A DNA stretch of 64,000 nt from the NCBI GenBank assembly GCA_030324005.1, contig JARDVH010000025.1, positions 74,600,336 to 74,664,335 on the forward strand. Reading direction: 5' to 3'. Every line of letters starts with the position of its first letter. Position 1 is the stretch's first letter. Both the position numbers and the translations under genes were made by a program. Below are positions 13,286 to 26,819 of this stretch, in pieces. Source of the DNA: Negaprion brevirostris. Lineage: Eukaryota. Under the pieces are notes generated by a model. That model was not told where the DNA came from. It did not search any database and saw only the letters and a list, made by a program, of their open reading frames with translations.

Positions 13286-13769
13286 GTTTTCTAAAATGAT
13301 ACAATTTATTTTGAAAGGAGTTAAGAAGTAGATATATATATATGTTTGTGCNNNNNNNNNNGATTATTATGTAAATTTTCAAATCACAGTGCCTGATGTA
13401 AATTATATGTTCACATTACCACGGAGTAACTGCAGTAACAGTCCATAATCTTAATAACACTGTCTTTATGAACTTGTGGTCTAATCAGTGAAAGCATGCT
13501 TATTTAAAAAAAATGCCCATTTAAGTACAAAATGGTAAAAATCCATCTTTTACTGGGGTTTATTTTCATTAAAGTATCGTGAACATAACCTGGTAATTGG
13601 ATGCGAAATTATCAGCAAATGATTTTATAAAGTAATTATGTTGCTGCTGTGGAAGACAAGTAGCAGACATTGAAAAACATTTTGGTTTACTGTTGCCAGT
13701 GATACTTAATTTTTTTAAACAGAGGTGAATATTGCAGAGCAGGGGAGAATTGCATGCCCAATCTCACTC

Positions 13770-14208
13770 CCAGGTATGGAGGGACTGCCACCTGAGAAAG
13801 ATTAAACTGTTTGGGTCTGTGCTGATATGANNNNNNNGATTGAAACATCTCAGATTGTTAGGGGTAAAAAATGCTGACAGAATGTTTCCACTAATGGGAG
13901 AGTGGAGGACCAGAGGCCAAAGTCGCAAAATACAGGGGTGCTCACTTAAAACAAATTTGAGGAATTATTTCTTCTCCCTGAGTGGTGAATTTTTGGAATT
14001 CTTTACCACAGGAATCTGTGGAGACCAACACTTGAATATTTTCAAGGCCGAGATCAATAAGTTTTTAATCAATAAGGTAATTATGAACTACGGGAATAAG
14101 GCAGGAAAGTGGACTTAGTGAGCATTAGATCAGTCATGATCTTATTAAATGGCAGAGCAGGCTCAAAGGGGTGAATGGCTTGCTCCTGTCCCTATTTCTT
14201 ATGGTCTT
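13770..14208 (+). mobile_element. CR1 LINE 3' end
   Basis: RMFPLMGEWRTRGQS...RNYFFS...IFKAEINKFLI, with a cctatttcttatg tail. Confidence 0.9.
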
Positions 14209-15179
14209 GTTACAAAAGTTGGCCATAAAGCAACTGACTTAAAGCTGCCTTGCAGCAATCACAAGCTGCCCCTTCATGACTGGAAGTCCTGCCCTCAGGA
14301 ACTGCTGGCCGGTCAGATTGGCCAGCAGCTGTAGCAGTGCCAGCAGCGCCAGCACTCAGCAGTGGGTGCTGTTGGTACTGCAATGGAGCTCCTGGAAGAA
14401 GAGCAATCCATCCTGGTCTAAAATAAGTCCCACGCTTTTAGAGTGGGATTGGGCACCGTGAGGAGGGAAGGCAAGNNNNNNNNNNNNNNNNNNNNNCCTG
14501 TACACACAGAGCACCCTCTGAAAAATCCCTCTGTTCCTATTTTTTAAAAGAGACAACTCCCCACTCTCACACATCAGCCTACTTCAACTCCTTTTTGGTG
14601 TGGGCAGCATAATATTTGGGTCAATTGACTGGTTAAAAAGTCCATTTGCCCATTAATGTTTTTCACAATGGTGGGTAGGTTGCCAATATCGGCGCCTGCC
14701 TACCTACCTGCGCTATTATGCTCACTAAGTTGTGGGTGGGAAGGAAGGCTGTGGGTTAGCCTTTATGTGCCTCCATGCTGCTGAAAACACTCCCAGTCAT
14801 AAAATCCAGACCATGTTGTTTTGATTAGTAGCAGAATTAAACAAATTTGGTGTTACATCATTTCTGTTCATTGGCCGTAAAGTACTTTGGAATGTCCTGA
14901 GGCTATTTAAGGTGCTATAAAAATGCACGTTTTTCTTCCTTACTCATGCAAGCACTAGCTGAAATGCTTGTTAGGCAAACCAAAACACACATTTTGCTTG
15001 AGAGTTCTTCGAAGTTGATCAGAAGTGTCTCTTACACCGAGTTACAAAGCAAATTTGGATATTGTTTCTGTCTGTGACAGTGATATAGGTTTAGGGATAA
15101 GGTGATTGAGGAGAAAATAGCAGTATCTTTGCACTCAAAGAGGCTGGAATTGTGGTTACACCATCTTTTTTTTACTTGA

Positions 15180-15635
15180 TCTGATTTAATATTGTGACAT
15201 ATATTGGTATACAGTGAAAAGTATTGTTTCTTGTTCTACAAGCAGAACATACCATTTATAGAGTACATAGGGGAGAAGGAAAGGAGAGATGACAGGATAT
15301 AGTGTTACAGGCATACCTAGGTTGTTGTGAAAGAACAAATTAATATATGGTAGGTCCACTCAAAAGTCTGATGGCAGCAGGGAAGAAGCTGTTCTTGAAT
15401 CAGTTGGTATGTGATCTCAGACTATTACATCCTTTTCCTGATGGAAAAAGGGGGAAGAGAGTATATCTGGGGTGCGTGGGGCCTTTAATATGCTGGCTGC
15501 TTTTCCAAGGTAGCAGGAAGTGGAGACGGAGTCAATGAATAGAAGGCTGATTTGTCTGATGGACAGGGCTACATTCACAACCCTTTGTAGTTTCTTGCAG
15601 TCTTGGTCAGAGCAGGAGTGATACCTAGCTTTGAT
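15180..15635 (-). mobile_element. Rex1/Babar-like LINE 3' end
   Basis: The reverse strand encodes FKNSFFPAAIRLL, a typical C-terminus of this clade. Confidence 0.75.
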
Positions 15636-16179
15636 ACCTCTTGGGTTGTCTAAAAGTCCTGTCCTTGAAAGATGAGCATATTATCTTAATTGTGGACAGT
15701 TCCTTTGCTGCATCGAAACTGCTATTAACAAATTTAAGTAGGATTATATCTACAGCTATGCCCATTCCCACAATTAGAGGCAATAGTGATAGAAAAGAGG
15801 CAAAGGCAATAAAAACAGATTTGGGAAAATATTGGCCCGCTTGAACAATTCGCAGATTTTATCAAAGGTGCAATATTGCTGGGAGGGTATGGAGCTCTCG
15901 GTGGTTGAAGCATAGTACTCAGAAGAGACAATAGCCAGGATTTTCTGGCCGCACCTTGTCAGGACCCACCACAGAGGACACAGAGATTCAGACAAAAGTC
16001 CATTGCTTTTAAACAGCCCTGGGTGATCCTGACATTAGGCAGAGCTAGAAAATCCCACCCAACCTTTGAAGTTTTTTTTAAGTAATGGTAGAGGAATTGG
16101 CTAAGTATTTGTCCTGTGGAATTGTTCTCTTACAAGTAATTTGTGGTTCAGGTTTTCTGTGCTTTGGCTGGTAATAAGA

Positions 16180-17205
16180 AAGACAACAACCTGTATTTGT
16201 ATACCATTGTTAATGTAATAAATTGTCACAGGGCACTTTACAGAGGTACCATCAGATAAAGTTTGGCATAGTGTCACAAAAGGAGATATTAGGACCAATG
16301 ACCAAAAGCTTAGTCAAAGAGGTTAGTTTTTAAGGAGAGTCTTAAGTGAGCTAAAGTGGCAGGGGGGCTTAGGGATGGAATTCCAGAGTTTAGGGCCTTA
16401 GCAACTGAAAGCATTGCAATGAATGGTGAAACTATTAAAACAGGGATATTCAAGAGGCTAGAATTAAAGGAATGCACTAATTTTGAAGGGTTGTAGGGCT
16501 GGGGGAGTTCACAGACATTGGGCAGGACAAGGTGATGGAGAGATTCTAAAACAGGATTAAAATTTTAAAATTGAGACATTGTTTAACCAGGAGCCAGTGT
16601 AGGTCAGTAAGTATGGGTGAACAGCATTTTGTGCAAGTTAGGATATAAGCAGCAGAGTTTTGGATGACCTCAAGTTCACAGAGGGCAGAAAGTGAGAGCC
16701 CCGCCTGGATTGCATTGGCATAATCTAATCTGAAGTTAACAAAGACATGGATGAAGATATCAGCAGCAGCAGCTGAGGCAGGGTGAAGGCCAGTAATGTT
16801 GTGGAGTTAGAAATAGGCAGCCTTACTGATGATGTGGATATGGTCAGAAGCTTGCCTCAAGGTGAGTTGTGACTCTGAGGTTTCAAAAAACCTGGTTCAG
16901 CCTCAGGTAGTTGCCTGGCAGAGGGATGGAATTGGTGGCAATGGAGTGGATTTTGTGGGTGGGTGGGAGGAGTTGCTTCTGTCTTCCCAAATAAAAGGAA
17001 ATTTCTGCTCTTTCAGTACTGGAATTTGGATAGAAAAACTACAGCACAAACAAGCCCTTTGGCCCACAAGTTGTGCCGATCATATCCCTACCTACTAGGC
17101 TTACCTATAACCCTCAATCCTATTAAGTCGCACATACTCAAAAGGTTTAGAGAGGTGCTGCTGAAGCAGAGTTTGGTGTCGTCAACATACATATGGAAAC
17201 TAGTG
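16180..17205 (-). mobile_element. L2 LINE remnant
   Basis: Reverse-strand SFHMYVDDTKL (YADD motif) near 17165-17200 and an L2-like 3' region. Confidence 0.75.
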
Positions 17206-18689
17206 TTGTGATAGATGGAAAAACTTACTGGACCCTGTTGATATAAGATGAGAAAAAGTTCAAGAAGCCTGTGCATACAATACTGGAATCACTGAATCCT
17301 ACCAAAACTGCACCTCTCTGATTTTCTAATAGTTGGCATGTTCCAGGCCGTAAGGGAGAGGAGTTGACAGGGTGCAGTTCACTCTGACCATATTGTTATT
17401 CCATTATTTGTTGTCATCCAGATATTGATGGATTATTACATTGGAATTAGAACAAGTTGTTATCCCTGAGATAAAAGGTAGTCAAAGAAACTGTAGTGTA
17501 GATTTATTTCTTTTAACTTAAATTCTGTATTTCATTTTTTCAAATCTTTTATTTAATCTGAGAACACAGATCGTCCAAAATTTGAAACTAAGGAAAATTT
17601 TAAAGATCTTTATGAAGTATGATCTTCAGTTGTATTTCTTCTAGAGCCCTTACCCTGAGTGCAGTAACATTTAGATTATAAAGGCCTCTGCTTGTCCCAG
17701 TTGTCAGCCTGTTTTGGTTCTGAATAGAATGATTTAGTGGCATCTGATGTGAGTAGCCAGTGAGTGAGCATGGTTTGGTACTGGGTGCTGTGCTGATGGT
17801 TTTTGATTCTGTCCATTTCTTCTTTGATTAAAACTAAAATGGAATTGATTGGGTTCCACATGTTTTCCTTTCTCTGATGCAGGTAACTTTTAGGAATAGC
17901 TATGTTTTGAACATCTGACTGCATTTTATTCTTCATAGGAGCTGGCTCACCCATATTAACATAATTTAATGGAAACATATTTTTGAGGTACTGTTTTATT
18001 AAAAATATGTAATTTCTATAATGGTAAAAGTCATGTAATATTTCAAAATTACATCTCAAGGTCCCCTTGTGTTCTGTCACACTAAACTATTGCTGAGTTT
18101 ATATTGTCATAAAGGACCCTATAGAATTGAACTATTGGATGATCAGTATCCTAAGGGACTTGCTAACTGTTTGTACATTTCCTTGCTGAAAAAAATAGTC
18201 CTGAAGGAAATTCTTATACATGGAATTATGATTTATTTTTGGACAGCTGGGTATTAATTATCTACTATGCAACAGTATTTTAAAGAATTTGTTACTCCCA
18301 GTTATCAGTTGTGAATTAAAATATTTAGTGTGGATAATTGTTACATACATTTGTTAAAATGCATTTATTGTGCTTACAAGTTTGATATGATCAAAGATTA
18401 TTAATTTGCCAATGACAGCTGATAAAGCAAAGCTCTATTTTCCATGCATCTACAGTGTGCATTGCCAAGACCAATGTTTACGTGCGTTCAGGTATGGGGA
18501 TTGTTTGGTTAACTGTGGTGCTTGATTTTGAAGGAAGGTTTTGAGCTCAGTATGTTGTTGGCCTTTGTCTATTGGAAAAGGTAGCAACTGTCCAAACTTG
18601 CATAGATTCAGATCATTCACTAGGTGTAGTGAAATAGGCCTACATTTCATGAAGATTCTCTCATGGGCTCTACATGTTGTTACTTAAAA

Positions 18690-19058
18690 CCATAGAAACC
18701 TGAAAGTGCAGAAAGAGGCTATTCAGCCCATCGAGTCTGCACCGNNNNNNNNNNNNNNNNNNNNNNNNNNNNNNNNNNNNNNNNNNNNNNNNNNNNNNNN
18801 NNNNNNNNNNNNNNNNNNNNNNNNNNNNNNNNNNNNNNNNNNNNNNNNNNNNNNNNNNNNNNNNNNNNNNNNNNNNNNNNNNNNNNNNNNNNNNNNNNNN
18901 NNNNNNNNNNNNNNNNNNNNNNNNNNNNNNNNNNNNNNNNNNAACTCCACACAGACAGTGACCCGAGCCGGGAATCGAACCCAGGTCCCTGGAGCTGTGA
19001 AGCAGCAGTGCTAACCACTATGCTACCATGCCACCCCCACTATGCTACCATGCTGCCT
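18690..19058 (-). mobile_element. HE1-type V-SINE (internal gap; head locally duplicated)
   Basis: CR1-like tail at 18690-18744 and tRNA head at 18943-19035. cactatgctaccatgc is repeated twice. Confidence 0.85.
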
Positions 19059-20112
19059 TATTCACAATTATTTGGTGACCTTTTAAGATGCAAGTGAAAA
19101 CTTCCACAGTATATGTTGAACTTTTTATACATAAATCAACAATCATCAGGTAAATTGTGAAAAGGAGCAGTGTTGTAGACTGGTACGAGTGTTGCGAGTA
19201 ACAGCATTTATTTCAGTTTTGGATCAGGATTTGGCACAAGGACTGGGGCCAGGTTCAATAGTTGGGGTTGGAGAGCACTCCCTAATGTTCTGGTTTATTG
19301 ATCATCGGGTCCATCTTCGCAGTGTGTGATTTTGTTTTATTTTACAATTAAATTTGGCAGAGTAGGAAAAGAGTGCGCACATGGCAGTCATCGCTGATAC
19401 AAAACAATTCCAACTTGAAACCAAGCTGAACATTTTCCAGTAACATCATCAGCTGCTGGTCATGTTGCATGATAGAATGCACTGTAATTTTCAATTTTGC
19501 CTTTAATGTTAGAGTTAGGAATGGTCTCCAAGTTAGCTGAAGAAAGACAGATACAGTTTAGTACTTAAAAGCAATCAACTGTTACTACACAAGCTCCTAT
19601 AGTTTGCAACGTTGCTAATTTACGTGGCTGAGAATGACAAAAATGCATAGATAAATGGTACTGACTTTGGACAGCTAGTAATTTACCCTGTAGTTAAAAT
19701 ACAAATTCTAATTTAGTGTGCTTTAAAGATAGCTAAATGCTATTTAAGTCATACAGTTAACCACTCTTAGCAGTAAGATGATTAATCACCATAAAAAGAT
19801 TATGGTGCCATTTAGTTTNNNNNNNNNNNNNNNNNNNNNNNNNNNNNNNNNNNNNNNNNNNNNNNNNNNNNNNNNNNNNNNNNNNNNNNNNNNNNNNNNN
19901 NNNNNNNNNNNNNNNNNNNNNNNNNNNNNNNNNNNNNNNNNNNNNNNNNNNNNNNNNNNNNNNNNNNNNNNNNNNNNNNNNNNNNNNNAATTGACAGTGG
20001 GATTGGGAAGCCAGCTCCAATCTGTCAACCTCTGCCTATCACTGCAATTCTTTAGGCTGTGTGCATACTGACCCCATTGAGAGAGGTGTATTAACACACG
20101 TTGATCATTCAA

Positions 20113-21790
20113 TTAGAATGATACTTACGCAGACTTTTGATTTTAACACCAGGTCCGTGGGTTTCCTGAGCTTTTTAAAATTTCCCAGTGATAACAAGGG
20201 CACAGTGGCCATTCAGGGGGTCGATCCATCTAATAGGAATTTAGTGAGAAATATTCAGAAATCATATTTAATATTCAGTTGCTTCCTTTCCTGCTAGCGG
20301 AAAGGAGTACTCACAGTACTTTTTATACTTTGGAGATTTGTTCTAGCACAGCAGATTGGGATTTCTTTGGGCGCCTTAGATTGGACCCCAGCTGAGGAGC
20401 AACATGACCTGTAGCCGTAGAACCCCTCCGCCCCCGCCAGTGGCCAGTACAGACCTGTAACCGAATAGGAGAGAGTGGACCACCAAGAGAGAAACAGATG
20501 ACAGGGCCTGAACATTCAAGCCATGCAAGTGCTGTAATGCTGGCCTAGTCAGTGACATCTACATCCCAATGAAAGAATGAATAAAAAAAAAGCAAGAAGC
20601 CATTCAGAGGAGGCAGTATACATGAAACATGGTCTGTGTTTCCTTGGCATGCACAAAAATCTGTATCTCAGGAGACTCAGGTTGTCATGTCAGAAGGCGG
20701 CAGGTATCTGTAGCTCCTAGAAGAAGGCTAGAAGAGGATGAGGAAAATAAGGAAGAACAAGGTGAAGATGGCAGTGTTCCCTGAGCTGATTACATTGCTG
20801 CCTATGATGCCTAGGATACTGTTATTAATACAATGTTGACTCATGTCACAGACATATGCACTAAACACCTATTGATACAAAACAGTCATGCAGACAGCCA
20901 ATCACCACCTGACCATCATCCCACTGGTCCACATCAATTCATGCATTCCCATTCATCAAGAACAAGTTAAAAGTGACTTGCCTGCCTGTGCGCAAGAATG
21001 AACAAAATAGAAAAATAATGCAAGAGTTATATTTACATTTGCATAAAGTATAAAACTTTAACAACACAACATTTTCTCATACACAAATTCTCATATATAC
21101 ACGCTTGTGCCACTACAAAGCCTGAATCTTCCTACAACTCCAGGGGGGTACAATGCCTGTGGTTTCAGCAGAGCTGGAGGCAGACCATTCAGGTCCCTGC
21201 TCTACTCTGAGATATCTGGGCCAATATCTCCCTGGTTTTGGAGTCCAGGAGAGCCATGTCAAAGACTGTGCCACTTGCACCCATGCAAAGGTAGACTCAG
21301 CCATTGGGTGACATTAAAACACGTTGGGTGCTGACCGAGTAGCGAGAAGAAAGTCAGATGAGAAGTGGATGCATTCTTCAACTCCATGAACCTTTACCAT
21401 CTCTCATAGTGCAGTTTCCTTTCATTGCTGTCCCTTGGCTAGAGACAATATTGTGCAAATCAGTAAGGCGCCATAAGGACAAGGCAAAAGTATCTGTCCT
21501 CATATTTAATCTGTACAGTCATGGTCAAGCTGTATGTGGAATCATTTGATTAAAGCATTTAATATCCCATAGTGCTGGCCACACTATTCATGCATGCCAA
21601 TTTTTTGCCTGAAAATGGGCGACTGGTAAAGAAAATTCTTGCAGGGTCCATGGACGCCCAAACACAAATTTCAGGGCGGTCTTTAAATGATCATCCAGTA
21701 TTCCCCTGATACCACTGGAAAATTTTAGAAAGCTCAGGAAACCCATGGACCTGATGTTAAAATCAAAAGTTTGTTTAAGTATCATTCTAA
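20113..21790. mobile_element. Non-autonomous DNA transposon (probably Harbinger-derived) bounded by ~90-bp inverted repeats
   Basis: 20113-20200 is the reverse complement of 21701-21790 with few mismatches. The interior has an acidic-tail remnant like the Harbinger element at 1100-2110. Confidence 0.65.
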
Positions 21791-22924
21791 TATATTACAG
21801 CACAGTCTTTAAACGATCGTCCAGTATTCCCAGCCTAAACAGGCGGCAGCCTGTTTGAAGTTACAAATCAGAGTCCCACATTAGCTGTTGATCTCTGATT
21901 GCCATTTGCAGGGAGACATAATTAGAACGTGCACACCGCAGCGCTGAATGGAGGCATTGAGTGGTGTAAAGGAATGCTGCAAGTCTCTCACAAAGTGTTA
22001 GTTTTCACTTAATTTTAAGATTTTTGCAAGGTAAGGAGGAGCATTTCAAAACTCTTCCAACCTGTCGGCCACCAAAATCACATTCACCACACTAACCCAC
22101 TGGATGATTCCATTCAGGAGCCCAGTGAGCTTCCAGTGCATTGAAGTGATTAGTTACCCTCTTCATTGGTAAACCTCAACTGAGGTCTGAACCTTAAAAT
22201 GGTCCAGTTGTCCTGACTGCATTCCTGTGCAAGTGCCTCTGAACACAGCGTGAATATTGTACCCATTTTGGGAGTGACTTGGAAACCTTTCTCTATATGT
22301 CTCTCATCTTTGGCCATCAAGTCATTTTTAAACAATCCTTGAAGCTACGGATAAAAATGTCACACATCTGGTAGAATATTTTCTTCAGTGAGGCCCATCT
22401 GAAAAGAAGGGGTTGGCTCAGAGTTAGTGTTATGGTTAGAATCTCACATTTCATATACGAGAGTCTCAGTTCACATTAATTTATTGCAGTGCCGAGGGAA
22501 TTCTGAACTTTGCAACACAAATCATGGTTTTCTTCAGGTTTGTACTTGTATATGATTTAATATAGTGTAGTAATTACAGCAGGTTTTTAGAGAGCAGGAC
22601 TGGTGCCAGGAAATAGAGTAAGCCAACATCAAACTTAGTGCAACTTCAGCAAAGCATTTTTCAGCAAAAAACAGAGCAGCTTCCATCCAAAGCATGAGAA
22701 AAATGGATAGGGTCAAACTATGAAGGCCAGTTGCTCTCTTCTCTCTGTACATATAAATGCATGAAGAATATATCACTTAGAAAGATATTAAATGTAGAGG
22801 AGATTGTCTCCCCTAAAACATTTACATCGGTTTGTATTTTGTTTGTTTTAGATGGACTTTTTTTTAAATGGTAAGAAGAGAACTCCTGTATTTCACTGAT
22901 GGGTAATTTTGTATTTGGTTTCAT

Positions 22925-23225
22925 AAGGTTCAGTGGTAGCACTCTGCTTCTGAGTCAGAGAATTGTAGGTTCTCGCCCCACTTCAAGCACACAATCTAGG
23001 ACAGCACTTCAATGCAGCACTGAGGGACTCCTGTACTGGAAGTGGAGTTTTGACCTCTACCTGTCCACGCCTTCTTATCTGATTGTAGAAAATCCAAAGA
23101 CATTATTTGAAGAAGAGCAGGGTGGTTCTCTTGAAATTTGGACCAATATTTATTCTTCAACCAACATGACTAAATCTGATTACCTGGTTATTTATCTCAT
23201 TGCTGTTTGTGGGATACTTATGGCA
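22925..23225 (+). mobile_element. DeuSINE (SacSINE1/AmnSINE-like)
   Basis: tRNA head cagtggtagcactct...tgagtcaga, then the Deu-domain-like attatttgaagaagagcaggg...ccaatatttat...cattgctgtttgtggga. Confidence 0.7.
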
Positions 23226-26200
23226 TCTACAAACAGAGTTACGAGCAAATTATCTACACATACATCTTAAGTCCCTGATCCCTCATGTCGTTCTAGTAAT
23301 TCTCCTCTGCACGCTGTCCATGGCCTTAACATCCCACCTAAGAATGCCTTGGCCAGAATTGAATGCAACAGCTGATAAAATGGGGTTATGGTAATTTGTT
23401 TTTCAAAATATTTTCCATTATGGCGGAGTACAATAATCTACTTCATGACAGTCAACAATAGGTCAGCACACACTATACTTAATCAATGCAGCAGAACAAT
23501 ATGTAGAGGAATAGTGGTTTTTAAAGTGCAGTCTGCACGCTGGTCCACAATGCAAATTACTGATGCACAATGCCAAAGCCATATGAGAGAACAAACCAGA
23601 TTCCTTATCCAACCACTCATGTTTTGTTGCACAACCAGCCTGATATCCATGTACATGCCGCGAGTTATCATAAGTAAAGCAATAATAGTGTCATTTTATG
23701 AGTAGGACTTAAGTTACTGTTACTACATAAATCTGTGAGTTGAGACCTTCAACATTTGTGAGCTGAAAACCAAGAGGAGCCAACTGAACATAGAGTTTGA
23801 CTGAGCTTCTCCAGGTTGGAAGTGGACATCATCTCATTGGTGTCTCATCAAAGTGGTGCCTTTCTTCACATCAATTCTGCTCAGTGTTTTTGCAGTAAAA
23901 AGCAAAAGCAGATTGGCTTTTGACTATTGGGAGGTGGGATTGTTTGACCCACCTAAATAGTCTGTGGGGTGACCAAGTTTGTGAGCCGTTGATATAGAAG
24001 GACATTATAAATCGTCATCATTACTTGAAAGGCTTTTTTGGTTACTTTGAATAAAACTTCAACAAAGTCAAGCATTTATTATCGGCCAACAAGTTCTGAA
24101 GCAAACACAAAAAAGCGGGAGTGTAGATCGGACTGAGGTGCCTGAGAATGTGATTCAAATTCTCATACTGGTATTGCCTTAAACAAGCATTCTGCTGTGC
24201 TATATCTGTCTGATCAAGGCAAGTGGGCATCATTCACATTAACTCCTACAGCGGTGGAAATCTTTTACTGAGTTTTGACGTCAGTGGTAGTTGATAATTG
24301 AGATTAAAAGCAGCTGTTATATCTCACCTAAACGAATGAAACGCTGGTAAATTGATACATTAACACAAATAAAAAATAATGTTTACATTTCAAACGCTGA
24401 GAGGACTTAGATTAAGTCGCTGTTGTTTAGCTTATGCTACTTTCCTGCTTTTAGTAGAACACTACGGGATTTATTTTCCTCTGTGCGTAATCTTGAATTT
24501 TTTTAACCAACTTGTCTTATAAACAGGGACAGTTGAGTAAAATATTTTCTCTTTAATTTTATGTAGGAAAATGTACTTACGGGCAGCAGTCGTGTTAACT
24601 TCTCACACAGCCACGGCATTGTTATTTTAGTAGCAAGGCATGAGTCATTATGAGTTTGAATTAGGAACAGTGAATTCATATATCATCATTTAAAAGCAAT
24701 ACAGCCAGTCATAAAACATTAATTACAAGACCATTTCTGGGTTGAAATTCCTCCTGTCTCAATTTTTGGTGCAAAATAGCAGTAACTACAAAAAAGAAAA
24801 TGTTATTTCTTAGTAATTTTATAATAAACCTATCACTGAGAGGAACTCTTGATGTCCAGTTTTTAGTGAAATGAAAACTACAAAGAAATTGCAGCTGTAG
24901 AGCCTATATTGAATAATCCTGAAAGCTACATGTGCTTTGCTTCTTTTCTGTAATTCTGCTGACACCAGTCATATGCTGAGTTGTAAAATTGTGCCTGAAC
25001 TGCTATGGGTTCAGGTTCCAACTCCCTTACCCACATGCGGTTATATTTGGCTGCCTTTGTCAGATTGCCGAGTGGGATATAGTCAATCTTGCCCTTCATC
25101 CAACACCCCTGCTGTTAGCTAAATCAGAAGAGGAATATCATCACAACATTGCATAAGTCATCTCACCAGTTTTCCAGCTGAAGGAGGCACAGCCCCTTGA
25201 GTCAAGTTCAGTTCTGTTTGTTAAGGCAGTGCCTAAGAAGCCAGAAACACATTTAGTCAGCTCTCAGAAGAGAAGTGTAATTTTCAGTATAAAAAATAGT
25301 CCATATTAATTCTCTGACAAAATGTTTGCTGTATTAAANNNNNNNNNNNNNNNNNNNNNNNNNNNNNNNNNNNNNNNNNNNNNNNNNNNNNNNNNNNNNN
25401 NNNNNNNNNNNNNNNNNNNNNNNNNNNNNNNNNNNNNNTATTAAATCAGTGAGAAAATACCGAAATATTACTTTAGTTTTGAGGTGGCCGCTGGAAAGTA
25501 ATGGCCTTTATATTTTCTCAATGCCTTATCAATGCAAAATGATTTTATTTTCCTTAAAATGGACCACATTGTTGCACCGATTAGCACCAGCTGTGAGAAC
25601 AAGCCATGTCAAATGAAAGCAGTGGTGTATGTTAATCAGAAAGGGCATTTATGTTGAAACGTAAACACGTCAGGTTAAAATATGTCATCACGTGTTTATT
25701 CACTAGTAGATTACTTAACTCCAAAAGATTCCCTCCAATTTTTATTTCTGTCTTTGCTCCTGAAGACAAGTTAGGGGCACTTTTCATCTGGCTACAGATT
25801 CGCCGGTGCTTGTAGCAAGGCAGTAAGTAGACAACATTTAATTTAAACTGTGGTTTATTGATTACTTGATGTCTGTCCCAGTCAATATTTGAATGGTCCT
25901 TGAAATAGGCCAGTGGTCCCAATAATAACAGTCAACAGCCATCACCGTGTGACAAATGGAAACATTGCTGAGGCGGAAGGAACAGGGGAACACTGCATTA
26001 GCCAAGAGCATCGGGCCGAACAACCAGGAAACCAATGATGATTAAAAATATTCATTTCTGCGAATTACCTACTCAATGTCAATGTTGTGAGATGGGAAGA
26101 CAGCAGCCTTGCCATGTTCTGTCGGTATCTCAATGTATATGACAGCAGCCACCTCCCAGTGTGCAGCTTCCTCCTCATACTTGCCAGGATGCAGACAACC

Positions 26201-26374
26201 TGAGGCCCACAGAATGCTGAGAAAATGACAATCAGCTCTCAAAATACCTGCTTAGTATCTTAACAATTGACATAACTATTTGCTCACTGCTGTCTGGTGT
26301 TTGCCATTGCTGGTGCTTTGTTGCCTTGGGGAAAGCAATAGAAGGCAGGAACATGTTAGGGAGCCAGTCTCCCA

Positions 26375-26678
26375 GGTGGCACAGTGGCACAGTGGTTAGC
26401 ACTGTTGCTCACAGCTCCAGGGACTCGAGTTTGATTCCTGGCTTGGAGTTTGCACATTTTTCTTGTGTCTGCATGGGTTTCCTCCAGGTACACTGGTTTC
26501 CTCCCACAGTCCAAAGATGTGCGGGTTAGGTGGATTGGCATGCTAAGTTGCCCCTTAGTGTCAGGGGGACTAGCTAGAGTATGCATGGGGTTGTGGGGAT
26601 AGGGCCAGGGTGGGATTGTGGTCAGTGCAGACTTGATGGGCTGAATGGCTTCCTTCTGCACTGTGGGATGCTATGATT
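26375..26678 (+). mobile_element. HE1-type V-SINE, full length
   Basis: ggcacagtggcacagtggttagcact head, V domain and CR1 tail gggctgaatggcttccttctgcactgt. Confidence 0.92.
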
Positions 26679-26819
26679 CAATCTAATGTTTTCATTTCTA
26701 AAATTACACAATCAAGCCTTCTATTCACCTTACCTTCTGCACCTGCCATTTCCAAATCTACCTTAACAGGGCCAAGAATATTTGGGCAAAGTGCAAAGGC
26801 CAAATATTAATGCTACATA

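Noticed and set aside
26375-26450. tRNA-like A/B boxes
   Set aside because: These are SINE heads, not tRNA genes; there is no complete cloverleaf.
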